Shown: piece after piece, positions 1 to 9,968 of the stretch
How the letters are laid out: each line of letters starts with the position of its first letter
How positions within the stretch are numbered: position 1 is the first letter of the stretch
NCBI GenBank assembly: GCA_050302075.1
Contig: JBNLAH010000003.1
Span: 1-64,000, forward strand
Length of the DNA stretch: 64,000 nt
Origin: Parachlamydiales bacterium
Lineage (GTDB): Bacteria; Chlamydiota; Chlamydiia; Chlamydiales; SM23-39
Reading direction: 5' to 3'
Notes under the pieces: generated by a model
Told to the model about the DNA's origin: nothing
Database searches by the model: none
Seen by the model: only the letters and a program-made list of their open reading frames with translations
Program-made: the position numbers and the translations under genes

Positions 1-197
1 AAGTTGAATAGAACTTTTTCTTTATCTCCTATTGAAAACTCGCTCCAGTTGATTATCCCATTTTCAGTCCCTTGGCGAATTATCAACTCTTGCAGTTTGT
101 TTTCTGCACTTATCTGGCCATGCTTTACTTGCATGTCTTTTGGTAAAGATAAGAGTAATAGCGGTGAGAGTAAAAAAAGGCTTAAGCTAAATCGCAT
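1..197 (-). CDS. Filamentous haemagglutinin N-terminal (TPS) domain protein, TpsA-like; partial, runs off the window edge
   Basis: Not in the ORF track. Manual translation from ATG 197: MRFSLSLFLLSPLLLLSLPKDMQVKHGQISAENKLQELIIRQGTENGIINWSEFSIGDKEKVLFN..., a signal peptide followed by the LP..V..G...Q....IINW..FSIG..E.V.F pattern of the secretion domain. Confidence 0.75.
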   Translation of the reverse strand, partial: MRFSLSLFLLSPLLLLSLPKDMQVKHGQISAENKLQELIIRQGTENGIINWSEFSIGDKEKVLFN

Positions 198-329
198 AAA
201 TTAAATGATCATTATTTTTTTTTATATATAAGACACTTGATTAATTTTTATCCAATGGTAAGGGTTAGAAACTCTTTAAAAAAAAAATTAAAATCTAATA
301 CATTTCATAAAACTATTTATTTTAATCGA

Positions 330-1379
330 ATGAAAAGCAAGCTGCACTTAAGCTCTGGCGAGATCTTTACTGGTATTTCACCTGATTGGCAAGAAGATAT
401 TTATTTTGGGGAAGTTGTTTTTTCAACCGGAATGACAGGCTACACTGAGTCTTTAACTGACCCTTCTTACACTGGACAAATTTTAGTTTTTACATACCCA
501 CTAATCGGAAATTATGGAGTTCCCAATAAAGAAAAATGGGAATCTGAAAAAATCCATGCCGCAGGTGTAATAGCAAATGATGTTACTGAATATCCTAGCC
601 ACTATGAAACTAAAAAATCTTTCTCAGATTGGCTAAAAGATCAAAAGATTCCACTAATTACTGGAATAGACACTAGAGCTCTTACTCTAAGGCTCAGAGA
701 TCAAGGAAGTCTATTAGGGGCAATTTGTAAACTTGACCAAACACCTGACAAATTTATCGACCCTAATGAAAACCATTTAGTAAAAAAAGTAAGTCCCAAA
801 TGTGCTGAAACATATAGGCATAAGGGGAAAAAATTAATCATAATTGACTGTGGAATGAAAGAAAATATCTTAAGGAACTTTCTAAAGTATCCTTTAAATA
901 TAAAGCGTGTCCCTTTTGATTATGATTTCACAAATGAAGAATACGATGCTGTTTTTATATCTAATGGCCCAGGCGACCCTGTAGTTTGTAAAGAAACAAT
1001 TGAAATAATTAAAAAAGTTTTAAATCAAAAAAAACCTACTTTTGGAATTTGCTTAGGCTCACAGCTAATAGCTCTTTCTATTGGCGCTAAAACTTATAAA
1101 TTAAAGTTTGGGCATAGATCTCAAAACCAACCTTGCTTTGATGAAATAAAAAGAAAATCCATTTTAACATCACAAAACCATGGATATGCCATTGATGAAA
1201 AAACACTGCCGAATGACTGGATGGTATATTTTAGAAACCTGAATGATTGCTCCATAGAAGGAATTAAACATAAAAATCTTCCTTTTTTCGCAGTTCAATT
1301 CCATCCCGAAAGCAGCCCAGGGCCGTTAGATTCTGAATATCTATTTAATGAGTTTTATAAACTAATTGAGGGTGAATGA
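330..1379 (+). CDS. carA: Carbamoyl-phosphate synthase small subunit
   Basis: GEVVFSTGMTGY..SLTDPSY, SNGPGDP, GICLG, QFHPE motifs; likely start ATG 330 (ORF opens at 237). Confidence 0.97.
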   Translation: MKSKLHLSSGEIFTGISPDWQEDIYFGEVVFSTGMTGYTESLTDPSYTGQILVFTYPLIGNYGVPNKEKWESEKIHAAGVIANDVTEYPSHYETKKSFSDWLKDQKIPLITGIDTRALTLRLRDQGSLLGAICKLDQTPDKFIDPNENHLVKKVSPKCAETYRHKGKKLIIIDCGMKENILRNFLKYPLNIKRVPFDYDFTNEEYDAVFISNGPGDPVVCKETIEIIKKVLNQKKPTFGICLGSQLIALSIGAKTYKLKFGHRSQNQPCFDEIKRKSILTSQNHGYAIDEKTLPNDWMVYFRNLNDCSIEGIKHKNLPFFAVQFHPESSPGPLDSEYLFNEFYKLIEGE

Positions 1380-4300
1380 AATTTACTAAAGTACTTATTC
1401 TAGGCTCAGGTGGTATCAAAATAGGCCAAGCTGGAGAGTTCGACTACTCTGGATCTCAAGCTATCAAAGCATTGAAAGAAGAAAAAATTAAAACAATTCT
1501 CATAAACCCTAATATTGCAACTATTCAAACAGATTCTTCCTTAGCAGACGTTGTATACTTTCAGCCTCTCAATATAACCACTGTGGAAAAAATCATTGAA
1601 AGAGAAAAACCTGACGGCATTTTATTGAGTTTTGGAGGACAGACGGCTTTGAATCTTGGAATAGCACTTCAAGCGCAGAAAATCCTAGAAAAACACAAAA
1701 TTGAAGTACTAGGAAGTAGTATAGAATCCATTCAAAAAGCAGAAGATCGAGAGCTATTCAAACAATCATTAAAGTCAATACAGGTTAAAACTCCAATCAG
1801 TTATTCCGTCGATAGCATAAAAGATGCATTAATAGCAGCTGAGAAAATTGGGTACCCAGTTATGCTACGTTCTGCATTTTCCTTGGGAGGTTTAGGATCT
1901 GGAATGATAAGCACAGAAGAAGAGCTAAAAGTGAAAGCAAATGAAGCTCTCAGTGGATCCCCTCAAATCCTAATCGAAGAGTATTTATTTGGATGGAAAG
2001 AAGTTGAATATGAAGTGATTAGAGATAAAAACTCTCAAGTACTTACAATCTGTAATATGGAAAACCTAGACCCAATGGGGATCCACACTGGAGAAAGCAT
2101 TGTCGTAGCTCCTTCACAAACATTAAGCAACCATGATTATCACTTCCTAAGATCCATTTCACAAAAAATTGCAAATCATTTCCAAATTATTGGTGAATGC
2201 AACGTGCAGTTTGCAATGAACCCAAAAAACGGAGACTATAGAGTAATTGAGATGAATCCAAGACTATCTAGATCAAGTGCACTTGCCTCAAAAGCTACTG
2301 GATATCCACTAGCTTTTGTTGCTGCGAAATTAGCTCTTGGATATCTGCTACATGAAATAAAGAACAAAATCACTAATCAAACAAGCGCTTTTTTTGAACC
2401 CTCTCTAGACTACATTGCGATTAAAATTCCAAGATGGGACACCCACAAACTTAAGGAGGCTAACCGCAGAATTGGAACTGAAATGAAAAGTGTCGGTGAA
2501 GTAATGTCAATTGGTAGAAGTTTCCCTGAGGCTCTTCAAAAAGCTATTAGAATGTTAAATATTGGGTCATATGGGATAAATTCCTATTCTTATGAAATAA
2601 AAGACTTAGAAAAAGAAATTGAATTTCCAACAGACCGCAGAATTTTTGCCCTATATAATTTTTTCCTAAAAGGAGCTACAGTCGAGAAAGCCCACAAGTT
2701 ATCTCTAATAGATAAATGGTTTTTATATCATATTCAATCTATTGCACATGTGGAAAATGAAATAAAAAGCTGTTCTTTAGATTTTTCTATTTTAAAAAAA
2801 GCTAAACAGTTTGGTTTTTCTGACTTAGCAATTGCTAAAATAAAAAATCTATCAGTATCAGAAATAAGAAACCTTAGGCTTTCACTAAACATTGTTCCTG
2901 TAATTAAACAAATTGATACCTTTGCTGGTGAGTTTAAGGCAGAAACAAACTATTTGTATCTTACGTTTCATGGTGAATATAACGATATTGAAGTACCAAA
3001 AAATGAAAGTATTATTGTTTTAGGATCAGGTCCATATAGCATTGGTTCATCTGTTGAGTTTGACTGGTGCGCTGTAAATACTGCCAGAGTTTTGAAAAGG
3101 CATAAAGTACCTACAGTTATTATAAACTCAAATCCTGAAACAGTTTCTACTGATTTTGACGAGTCAGACAGGCTCTACTTTGAAGAGCTCACTGAAGAGA
3201 GAGTACAAGATATTGCAGACTTTGAATCTCCTCTTGGAATTATTGTATCAGTAGGCGGACAGATTGCTAATAACCTAGCTTTTCCTTTATCTAAGTTTGG
3301 CTACAATATTTTAGGGACTAAAGCAAAAGATATCGACCGCGCTGAGAACAGAGAGAAATTCTCTGATCTTTTACAAAGCCTTAATATTGATCAACCCGAT
3401 TGGCAATCTGCCAATGATTTTAAAGGTGCAATCAGGTTTGCTAACTCAAAAGAATTTCCAGTACTAATAAGGCCTTCTTATGTCCTATCAGGAGCTGCAA
3501 TGAACATTGTATTCTCTGAAGAGGATCTCAAAAAGTATTTAAGTGAAGCTGCAATTGTGTCAAAAGATCATCCTATTGTGATATCCAAATTTATCATAAA
3601 TGCTAAAGAGTTAGAAGTAGATGGAGTTGCAGAAAATGGAAAAGTAATTATTGATGCCATTTCTGAGCATGTTGAGAATGCAGGGGTACATTCAGGTGAT
3701 GCAACTATAGTTCTACCTCCTCAAAAGCTCTACCTAGAAACAATCAGAAAAGCAAAAAAGATCACAAGACAAATTATCAAAGCTTTAAATATTACAGGCC
3801 CTTTCAATATTCAATTTATCGCAAAAGAGAATGAGCTCAAAGTGATTGAGTGCAACTTAAGAGCTTCAAGGTCATTTCCTTTTGTCTCAAAAGTATGTGG
3901 TCACAATTTTATTGAAATTGCAACAGAGATCTTATTAAAAAAATATAAAAGAAAGCCTTATGAAACTTTAGAATTAGATCATGTAGGAGTAAAAACTCCT
4001 CAATTTTCTTATAACAGGCTAAAAGGAGCAAATCCAGTGGCCCATGTAGAAATGGCCTCCACTGGGGAAGTTGCATGTATAGCTGACCGCCTGCAAGATG
4101 CCTTTTATAGTTCATGGCTTGCAACCGACCAGCATTTAAAAGGAAAAAGAATACTTGTAAGCGTTAGCGAATACCATAAAGTTAAACTACTTGAGCGTAT
4201 TAAAGGACTTGAAGATGCTGGCTGGGACATCTTTGCAACTGATAAAACCCATGATTTTTTAACAAAGAATGGAGTTGGCTCTATCTTCGTATACAAAGTA

Positions 4301-4555
4301 TCAGACAGACACGAGCCGAACGTTGCTACTTTAATAGAAAAAAAAGAAATCGATTTAATCATTAATATTCCCAAAAAAGGAAATTCTAAAGTCCAAACCG
4401 AGGGTTTTAAAATTAGAAGGCTTGCAATTGATCACCATATTCCTTTAATCACCAACCTTCAACAAGCAGGTCTTTTATTATCTTGTATGAAAAGTAATCA
4501 TAATATCTCGCCACTGTCTTGGAATGAATACATGATAAATCAGCTCAACACTTGA
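1376..4555 (+). CDS. carB: Carbamoyl-phosphate synthase large subunit
   Basis: GSGGIKIGQAGEFDYSG, two ATP-grasp halves, C-terminal MGS domain; 4-nt overlap with carA. Confidence 0.98.
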   Translation: MKFTKVLILGSGGIKIGQAGEFDYSGSQAIKALKEEKIKTILINPNIATIQTDSSLADVVYFQPLNITTVEKIIEREKPDGILLSFGGQTALNLGIALQAQKILEKHKIEVLGSSIESIQKAEDRELFKQSLKSIQVKTPISYSVDSIKDALIAAEKIGYPVMLRSAFSLGGLGSGMISTEEELKVKANEALSGSPQILIEEYLFGWKEVEYEVIRDKNSQVLTICNMENLDPMGIHTGESIVVAPSQTLSNHDYHFLRSISQKIANHFQIIGECNVQFAMNPKNGDYRVIEMNPRLSRSSALASKATGYPLAFVAAKLALGYLLHEIKNKITNQTSAFFEPSLDYIAIKIPRWDTHKLKEANRRIGTEMKSVGEVMSIGRSFPEALQKAIRMLNIGSYGINSYSYEIKDLEKEIEFPTDRRIFALYNFFLKGATVEKAHKLSLIDKWFLYHIQSIAHVENEIKSCSLDFSILKKAKQFGFSDLAIAKIKNLSVSEIRNLRLSLNIVPVIKQIDTFAGEFKAETNYLYLTFHGEYNDIEVPKNESIIVLGSGPYSIGSSVEFDWCAVNTARVLKRHKVPTVIINSNPETVSTDFDESDRLYFEELTEERVQDIADFESPLGIIVSVGGQIANNLAFPLSKFGYNILGTKAKDIDRAENREKFSDLLQSLNIDQPDWQSANDFKGAIRFANSKEFPVLIRPSYVLSGAAMNIVFSEEDLKKYLSEAAIVSKDHPIVISKFIINAKELEVDGVAENGKVIIDAISEHVENAGVHSGDATIVLPPQKLYLETIRKAKKITRQIIKALNITGPFNIQFIAKENELKVIECNLRASRSFPFVSKVCGHNFIEIATEILLKKYKRKPYETLELDHVGVKTPQFSYNRLKGANPVAHVEMASTGEVACIADRLQDAFYSSWLATDQHLKGKRILVSVSEYHKVKLLERIKGLEDAGWDIFATDKTHDFLTKNGVGSIFVYKVSDRHEPNVATLIEKKEIDLIINIPKKGNSKVQTEGFKIRRLAIDHHIPLITNLQQAGLLLSCMKSNHNISPLSWNEYMINQLNT

Positions 4556-4664
4556 TCTCAATTAGAAGTGAGTCAAAAAACAGCACTATAATACTTTTTA
4601 ATTTTGCTATAGTGTAAAGCAAAGTGTAAAATGAAACATTTGAAATCACCCCCCCTTTCAAGGA

Positions 4665-5708
4665 TTGAAAAATTTAAAAAATTTTGTTCTTTTATTTTTA
4701 GTTAAGATTTCAAGGGTTTTTGTAAAAACAAACTCTTATCAAGAGCTCAACCCTAGATTTCTTATTTTATCGACAACAGGTCTTGGCGATACTTTATGGG
4801 CAACCCCCGCCATTAAAACTTTAAAACTACATTTCAAAGACTCATATATAGCTGTTTTAACAACTAATTTTGGATCTGAAGTCTTAGCAAACAACCCTCA
4901 TATTGATGATCTTTTTACCATTGACAAGTTATTTTCATTTAAGACATTTCCGCTTTGGAGGAAATTAAAAAAGCAGAGAATACAAGTAATTTTTCATTTT
5001 CATACATCTCAAAGAATCATTCTCCCGTTTGCTTCAACAATTGGAGCTGAAAAAATAATCGGCAGTTTCGGGAAAACAAAAGGACTTGACCAGATTTTAA
5101 CTGATCCTTTTAAGGAGCTAAAATTACATGAAATTGAAAAAAGGCTTCATCTATTAAGTGCTCTCGGAGTTTCTGCAAAGCTTACCTATCCAGAATGTTT
5201 TTTATCAAAAAAGCTGAATAATCCTCAAAAAAAAGAAAAGTGGATACTACTCCATCCAGGAGCAAAAGACGGCTATAAATGCTGGCCTCTGGACTCATAC
5301 CTTGATTTAGCAGAGCTTTATAAAAAAGAATATAACGCAAAAATCTTCTTTTCTATTGGTCCTAGCGATAAACCCCTTTTAAAAATTATTGAAAGCTCTT
5401 GTAATGACACGATAGTAAAAAACCTTAAGTTGAAAGATTTTGCAAGGACCTTAAGCAAAATGGACTTAGTAGTTACAAATGACACAGGACCTATGCATTT
5501 ATCTTGTGCATTAAATGTTCCTACGCTTGCAATTTTTTCATCCACCGACCCCAGAGAATGTGGCCCTAAAGGAACATTAGTCAAGGTAATTAAAGTTCAA
5601 AAAACATGCACTCCATGCCTTTTAAGAAAGTGCAAAGAGCCTTTTTGTTTTTATCAGGTAAGTCCAAAAGATGTTTATGAAACATCCAGAAATTTTCTAG
5701 AAAAATAA
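4665..5708 (+). CDS. Glycosyltransferase family 9 (LPS heptosyltransferase-like)
   Basis: GLGDTLWATP, LHPGA...KCWP, NDTGPMHL motifs; start uncertain (TTG). Confidence 0.9.
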   Translation: MKNLKNFVLLFLVKISRVFVKTNSYQELNPRFLILSTTGLGDTLWATPAIKTLKLHFKDSYIAVLTTNFGSEVLANNPHIDDLFTIDKLFSFKTFPLWRKLKKQRIQVIFHFHTSQRIILPFASTIGAEKIIGSFGKTKGLDQILTDPFKELKLHEIEKRLHLLSALGVSAKLTYPECFLSKKLNNPQKKEKWILLHPGAKDGYKCWPLDSYLDLAELYKKEYNAKIFFSIGPSDKPLLKIIESSCNDTIVKNLKLKDFARTLSKMDLVVTNDTGPMHLSCALNVPTLAIFSSTDPRECGPKGTLVKVIKVQKTCTPCLLRKCKEPFCFYQVSPKDVYETSRNFLEK

Positions 5709-5752
5709 TTGCCCACATTATATCTTCTAGTAAAAATTTTAAAAATCAAGTT

Positions 5753-6676
5753 ATGTCTGGCCATTTAAAAGGCAGAAATCTAATTTCAATCACCGACCTG
5801 ACTAAATCAGAAATCTTGCAGGTTTTAAAGTTATCAAAGATATTCAAAGAAAAATCGTTTCCTGAACTTTTAAAAAAATATATTCTAGCAAATTGCTTTT
5901 TTGAACCTTCTACTCGAACTAGATTATCATTTGAAACTGCTATGTTGAGATGTGGTGGAAAAACTATTGGTTTCTCAGATACCAAAAGTACTTCGATTGA
6001 AAAAAAGGAATCGCTTTCAGACAGCATTAAAATAATTAGTAAATATGCTGACATTATTACAATTAGACATCCTTATGAAGGATCTGCTTTGCAAGCTGCA
6101 GAATCATCTTCTGTGCCTGTCATAAATGCAGGAGATGGAGCAAACCAGCATCCAACACAAACTCTAATTGATCTTTTTTCTATTCTAGAAAGTCAAGGTA
6201 CTTTGGATGATTTGAATATTGCCATTATCGGAGACTTAAAATATGCCAGGACAGTCCACTCGCTTGTAATTGCACTTGCTTTGTTCAAAACTAGGTTATT
6301 TTTTGTATCTCCAGAAATGTTAACGCTGCCAGATGAAATAATCTCCATCATAAAAAAGCACGGCATAAAATTTTCATTTCATAAGACAATTGATGAAGTT
6401 TTGTCTAAATTAGATATTTTATACATGACAAGAATTCAAGAAGAGCGATTGAGCAACTATGAAATGAGTGAAGTTAAAAACAATTGTATGCTTAAAATAG
6501 AGCACTTTCGCTCAGTAAAGAAAACACTTCGTGTTTTACATCCCCTTCCAAGAGTTGATGAAATCGAAATTACTATTGACCATACCCCTTATGCGTACTA
6601 TTTTACTCAAGCAGAGAATGGAGTTTATATAAGACAAGCACTATTAGCATTAATTTTAGGTGAGTTTGACTTATGA
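5753..6676 (+). CDS. pyrB: Aspartate carbamoyltransferase catalytic subunit
   Basis: FFEPSTRTRLSF, HPTQTLID, HPLPR. Confidence 0.97.
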   Translation: MSGHLKGRNLISITDLTKSEILQVLKLSKIFKEKSFPELLKKYILANCFFEPSTRTRLSFETAMLRCGGKTIGFSDTKSTSIEKKESLSDSIKIISKYADIITIRHPYEGSALQAAESSSVPVINAGDGANQHPTQTLIDLFSILESQGTLDDLNIAIIGDLKYARTVHSLVIALALFKTRLFFVSPEMLTLPDEIISIIKKHGIKFSFHKTIDEVLSKLDILYMTRIQEERLSNYEMSEVKNNCMLKIEHFRSVKKTLRVLHPLPRVDEIEITIDHTPYAYYFTQAENGVYIRQALLALILGEFDL

Positions 6677-7131
6677 AAAAATTACTGGTTTCAGCAATTG
6701 AAATGGGGACAGTAATAGACCATGTACCTTCAAGAGAAAGCCTAAAAATTATTAAGTTATTGAATATAGATCAAATTGAAAACCGCATCACAATTGGGGT
6801 TAATCTTTTAAGCCAAAAACTAGGTAAAAAAGACCTAATTAAAATTGAAAATATTCAGCTAAGTCAAAAAGATGCTCAGCTGATAGGTTTGTTTGCCCCA
6901 TCAGCTAGCATTAATTTGATTGAAAATTACAAAGTAGTAAAAAAATATAAAAATAAACTCCCTGAAACTATTTATTCTATTTTAGTATGCCCAAACAGCC
7001 TCTGTATTACTAATTTTGAAAAGACAGCTACTTGTTTTTTAGTTGAGCAAACAGACTCTATAATCGAACTGCATTGCAAGTACTGTCAAAAAAAGTTCCT
7101 GAAGGAAACTATTCAAGAGTTTAAAAATTGA
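6673..7131 (+). CDS. pyrI: Aspartate carbamoyltransferase regulatory subunit
   Basis: AIEMGTVIDH, Zn ligands CPNSLC...CKYC; overlaps pyrB. Confidence 0.95.
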   Translation: MKKLLVSAIEMGTVIDHVPSRESLKIIKLLNIDQIENRITIGVNLLSQKLGKKDLIKIENIQLSQKDAQLIGLFAPSASINLIENYKVVKKYKNKLPETIYSILVCPNSLCITNFEKTATCFLVEQTDSIIELHCKYCQKKFLKETIQEFKN

Positions 7132-7245
7132 TAGAAACATTTCAGATGAGCTGTTAAATAATAGCCCAGACATTATAATTTATAGCTCAGGATCTTCACA
7201 GCAATGCTGATCCTGCAAAATAATCCAAGCTTGCATGGAATTTAT

Positions 7246-8199
7246 ATGTTAGAAAACAAAAGTCCTAAAATTTACATTATTATTCTAAATTACAATGGTA
7301 AATCAGATACAATCAACTGCCTTTATTCATTATCTTCAGCAAAGCTTGAGAATACAACTACCCTAGTAATAGACAATGCTTCTATTGATGGATCAGTAAA
7401 TGAAATAAAGAAAACATTTCCTAAAGTTTCAATAATTGAAAATGAAACTAATCTCGGGTATGCCGAAGGTAATAATGTAGGAATTAAGTTTGCCTATGAT
7501 CAAGGGGCAGATTATATCCTTTTATTGAATAATGACATCAAAGTTGATCCCTATTTTTTAGAAGAGCTGCTTTGTTTGGCTTCAAAAAAGCCAAAAGGAG
7601 GAATCTTTGGATCAGCTATTTATCGTTACGATAACCCTGATAAGCTTGAGCACCTCGGAGGATTCTACAACCCCTCTACTTGTGAGTTTGTTTCAAATAA
7701 AAAAAACCTTAAATCACCTAAAAAAGTAGACTATGTTTGTGGTTGCACTATTCTAATCAAAAGAGATGTCATTGAAAAAGTTGGCTTCTTTGAACCTAAA
7801 TTTTTTTTAATGTGGGAAGAAGCTGATTTGTGCACTAGGGCCATTAGGGAAGGCTTTGAGATTTGGGCTCAGCCTACTTCTAAAATATGGCATAAGATAT
7901 CTGCTTCTTTTGAAGATGGGAAACCTCAATTGCATTATTTTTGGTGGCGAAACCGACTTTTATGGATGAAAAGAAATTTGGATAAACAAGAGAAAAAACT
8001 AATATATAAAAAAGTAATCATCCCTGAAATAATTAAGTCTTATAGGCATTTTCTTTTAAAAGGTTTCCTTTTAGTATTTAGTTTTTCTTTCGAGAAAAGA
8101 AAAAAAAGAAAAGCAAAGTATCTTCGTTTAAAAGCCGGATGTAAAGGGATTCGAGATTACTTCATGAATAGGTTTGGAAATACATATAAAAAAGTTTAG
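7246..8199 (+). CDS. Glycosyltransferase family 2 (rhamnosyltransferase-like)
   Basis: IILNYNG, IDNASIDGS, NLGYAEGNNVG, LLNND, EEADLC. Confidence 0.9.
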   Translation: MLENKSPKIYIIILNYNGKSDTINCLYSLSSAKLENTTTLVIDNASIDGSVNEIKKTFPKVSIIENETNLGYAEGNNVGIKFAYDQGADYILLLNNDIKVDPYFLEELLCLASKKPKGGIFGSAIYRYDNPDKLEHLGGFYNPSTCEFVSNKKNLKSPKKVDYVCGCTILIKRDVIEKVGFFEPKFFLMWEEADLCTRAIREGFEIWAQPTSKIWHKISASFEDGKPQLHYFWWRNRLLWMKRNLDKQEKKLIYKKVIIPEIIKSYRHFLLKGFLLVFSFSFEKRKKRKAKYLRLKAGCKGIRDYFMNRFGNTYKKV

Positions 8200-8252
8200 C
8201 AGGGAAAAAAATCTTCTAACTATGTATAAATAAATAGTAGGAGCAATTATTT

Positions 8253-9122
8253 ATGCGTTTAAAAAAAATATTAAAATTCTTTTACCTTTCATTTGCACTT
8301 ATTTTCCTAACAGGATGCGAAACAAACATGCCAATTGTTAATAATGTTGACGAACGTGAAGCAAATGAAATTATTGTATATTTAGCAAAAAATAATGTTG
8401 AAGCTCAAAAATCCCCTTCTTCAGCTGGAGAAATCGCGGGAGCTGGCGCTTCAAATATGTGGAACATCATAGTTAATGAAAGCGACTCAGTAAAAGCTAT
8501 GGCTTTATTAAATGAAGTTGGCCTTCCAAGAAGACAAGGGACTAATTTGCTTGAGTTATTTGCTAAATCTGGACTGATGTCATCTGACAGAGAAGAAACG
8601 ATTAGGTACCATGCTGGCTTAGCTGAAGAATTGAAAAATACCATTCGTAAAATGGATGGTGTATTAGATGCTGATGTACAAATTTCTTTCCCATTAGAGG
8701 AACCACTTCCAGGTGAAGCTCCCCCAAAAATCACAGCTGCAATTTATGTAAAACATCAAGGTGTACTGGACAATCCAAACAATCATTTGGAAAGCAAAAT
8801 TAAGCGTTTGGTTGCAGGCAGCATCCCTAAATTAGAATACGACAGCGTGTCTGTTATATCAGATAGATCAAGGTTTATGGCTTGGGCAGATGTTAAAGAA
8901 GAAGCGCAAGCGAGAGACATGGAAAAAGACTATGTAAAGCTATGGTCTGTTACAATGAGCAGACAGTCTGTAGGAGCATTTCGTACAATATTCTTTTTTA
9001 TGCTGATCATTATTTTTATACTTGGAGCTGCTCTTATTTGGATTACTTATAGCTTTTATCCTCAGATTTTTCAAAAAATTTTAAAAATAAAAAATGTTAT
9101 CCCAACTAAGAAAAATAAATAG
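8253..9122 (+). CDS. sctJ: T3SS inner-ring lipoprotein SctJ/CdsJ
   Basis: Lipobox LTGC, EREANEI, GLPR, MDGVLDADVQISFP, C-terminal TM. Confidence 0.95.
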   Translation: MRLKKILKFFYLSFALIFLTGCETNMPIVNNVDEREANEIIVYLAKNNVEAQKSPSSAGEIAGAGASNMWNIIVNESDSVKAMALLNEVGLPRRQGTNLLELFAKSGLMSSDREETIRYHAGLAEELKNTIRKMDGVLDADVQISFPLEEPLPGEAPPKITAAIYVKHQGVLDNPNNHLESKIKRLVAGSIPKLEYDSVSVISDRSRFMAWADVKEEAQARDMEKDYVKLWSVTMSRQSVGAFRTIFFFMLIIIFILGAALIWITYSFYPQIFQKILKIKNVIPTKKNK

Positions 9123-9965
9123 ATGAGAAAATCGTCTTATATTGTATTAAAAAGTATTTTAAATACCTCTCAAAGTTTTGAGAGGCTTACTCCTTTTTTA
9201 GATGACATATATTTAAGTAAACTAGTTTCGCTAGATGCTCCTAAATCTTTTTCCTATAAGCATTTTTTCACAGAAAATATTTTCAACCATGTTCACTATT
9301 CATGGCTAATTCCTACTCTAAAAAACTTAAAAGAAGATTTAAGTTTTTGCATAGCTTCTTTGCCTGAAAAAATGCGCGTAAAGCTAAGTAGACAATTTAA
9401 TATAGAACCCTATCCTAATGAAATTACAGACACTGCAAAAGAGTATATCCATTTAATTTTTTTAAACTCGCTTTTAGGAGAAGAAGATACGATCCTGCCG
9501 ATTCAATACCTTGAGTACTCCCCTATAAACACCTTGGCATCTAAAACAAAAGAAAACCTAATTCAAGTTATCGATTATTTAGCTCTTTTTGACCTTTCTA
9601 AAGAGATTAGAAAGATCCTCAACACAAATACAATAAAGAAAATCTATTCTTTTCTAACCGACAAAGAAAAAAAGTTCTTAAAAAAAACTCAGTCTTTAAA
9701 TGACCCTGTCTCCTTCAGTTCTTTATTAGAAAAGTGGGATGGAACTAAAGAAAGCTTCAGAAAAATCTTACATAAAAAAGGCTTATATAGATTTGGCCTT
9801 GCTTTATGTGGATCTCATCCAGACCTAATTTGGTATATTTGTCACCTTTTAGATGTTGGCAGAGGTGCTAGCTTAATGAAAATGTGTGAAAAAAAGGTAA
9901 ACCCTGTAATATCAGATACTATACAGTCACATATTTTAGAAATATTAGACATATTAAAGGCCTAA
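9123..9965 (+). CDS. T3SS SctK-position protein (chlamydial gene between sctJ and sctL)
   Basis: Synteny; HYSWLIP and LDVGRG motifs typical of the chlamydial orthologue. Confidence 0.7.
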   Translation: MRKSSYIVLKSILNTSQSFERLTPFLDDIYLSKLVSLDAPKSFSYKHFFTENIFNHVHYSWLIPTLKNLKEDLSFCIASLPEKMRVKLSRQFNIEPYPNEITDTAKEYIHLIFLNSLLGEEDTILPIQYLEYSPINTLASKTKENLIQVIDYLALFDLSKEIRKILNTNTIKKIYSFLTDKEKKFLKKTQSLNDPVSFSSLLEKWDGTKESFRKILHKKGLYRFGLALCGSHPDLIWYICHLLDVGRGASLMKMCEKKVNPVISDTIQSHILEILDILKA

Positions 9966-9968
9966 TTT

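Noticed and set aside
4..204. 66-aa plus-strand ORF
   Set aside because: Antisense shadow of the TPS-domain gene on the minus strand.
7147..7216. Possible stem-loops between pyrI and the GT2 gene (riboswitch-like)
   Set aside because: Imperfect AT-rich pairings with no recognisable Rfam motif; cannot be supported without a covariance search.
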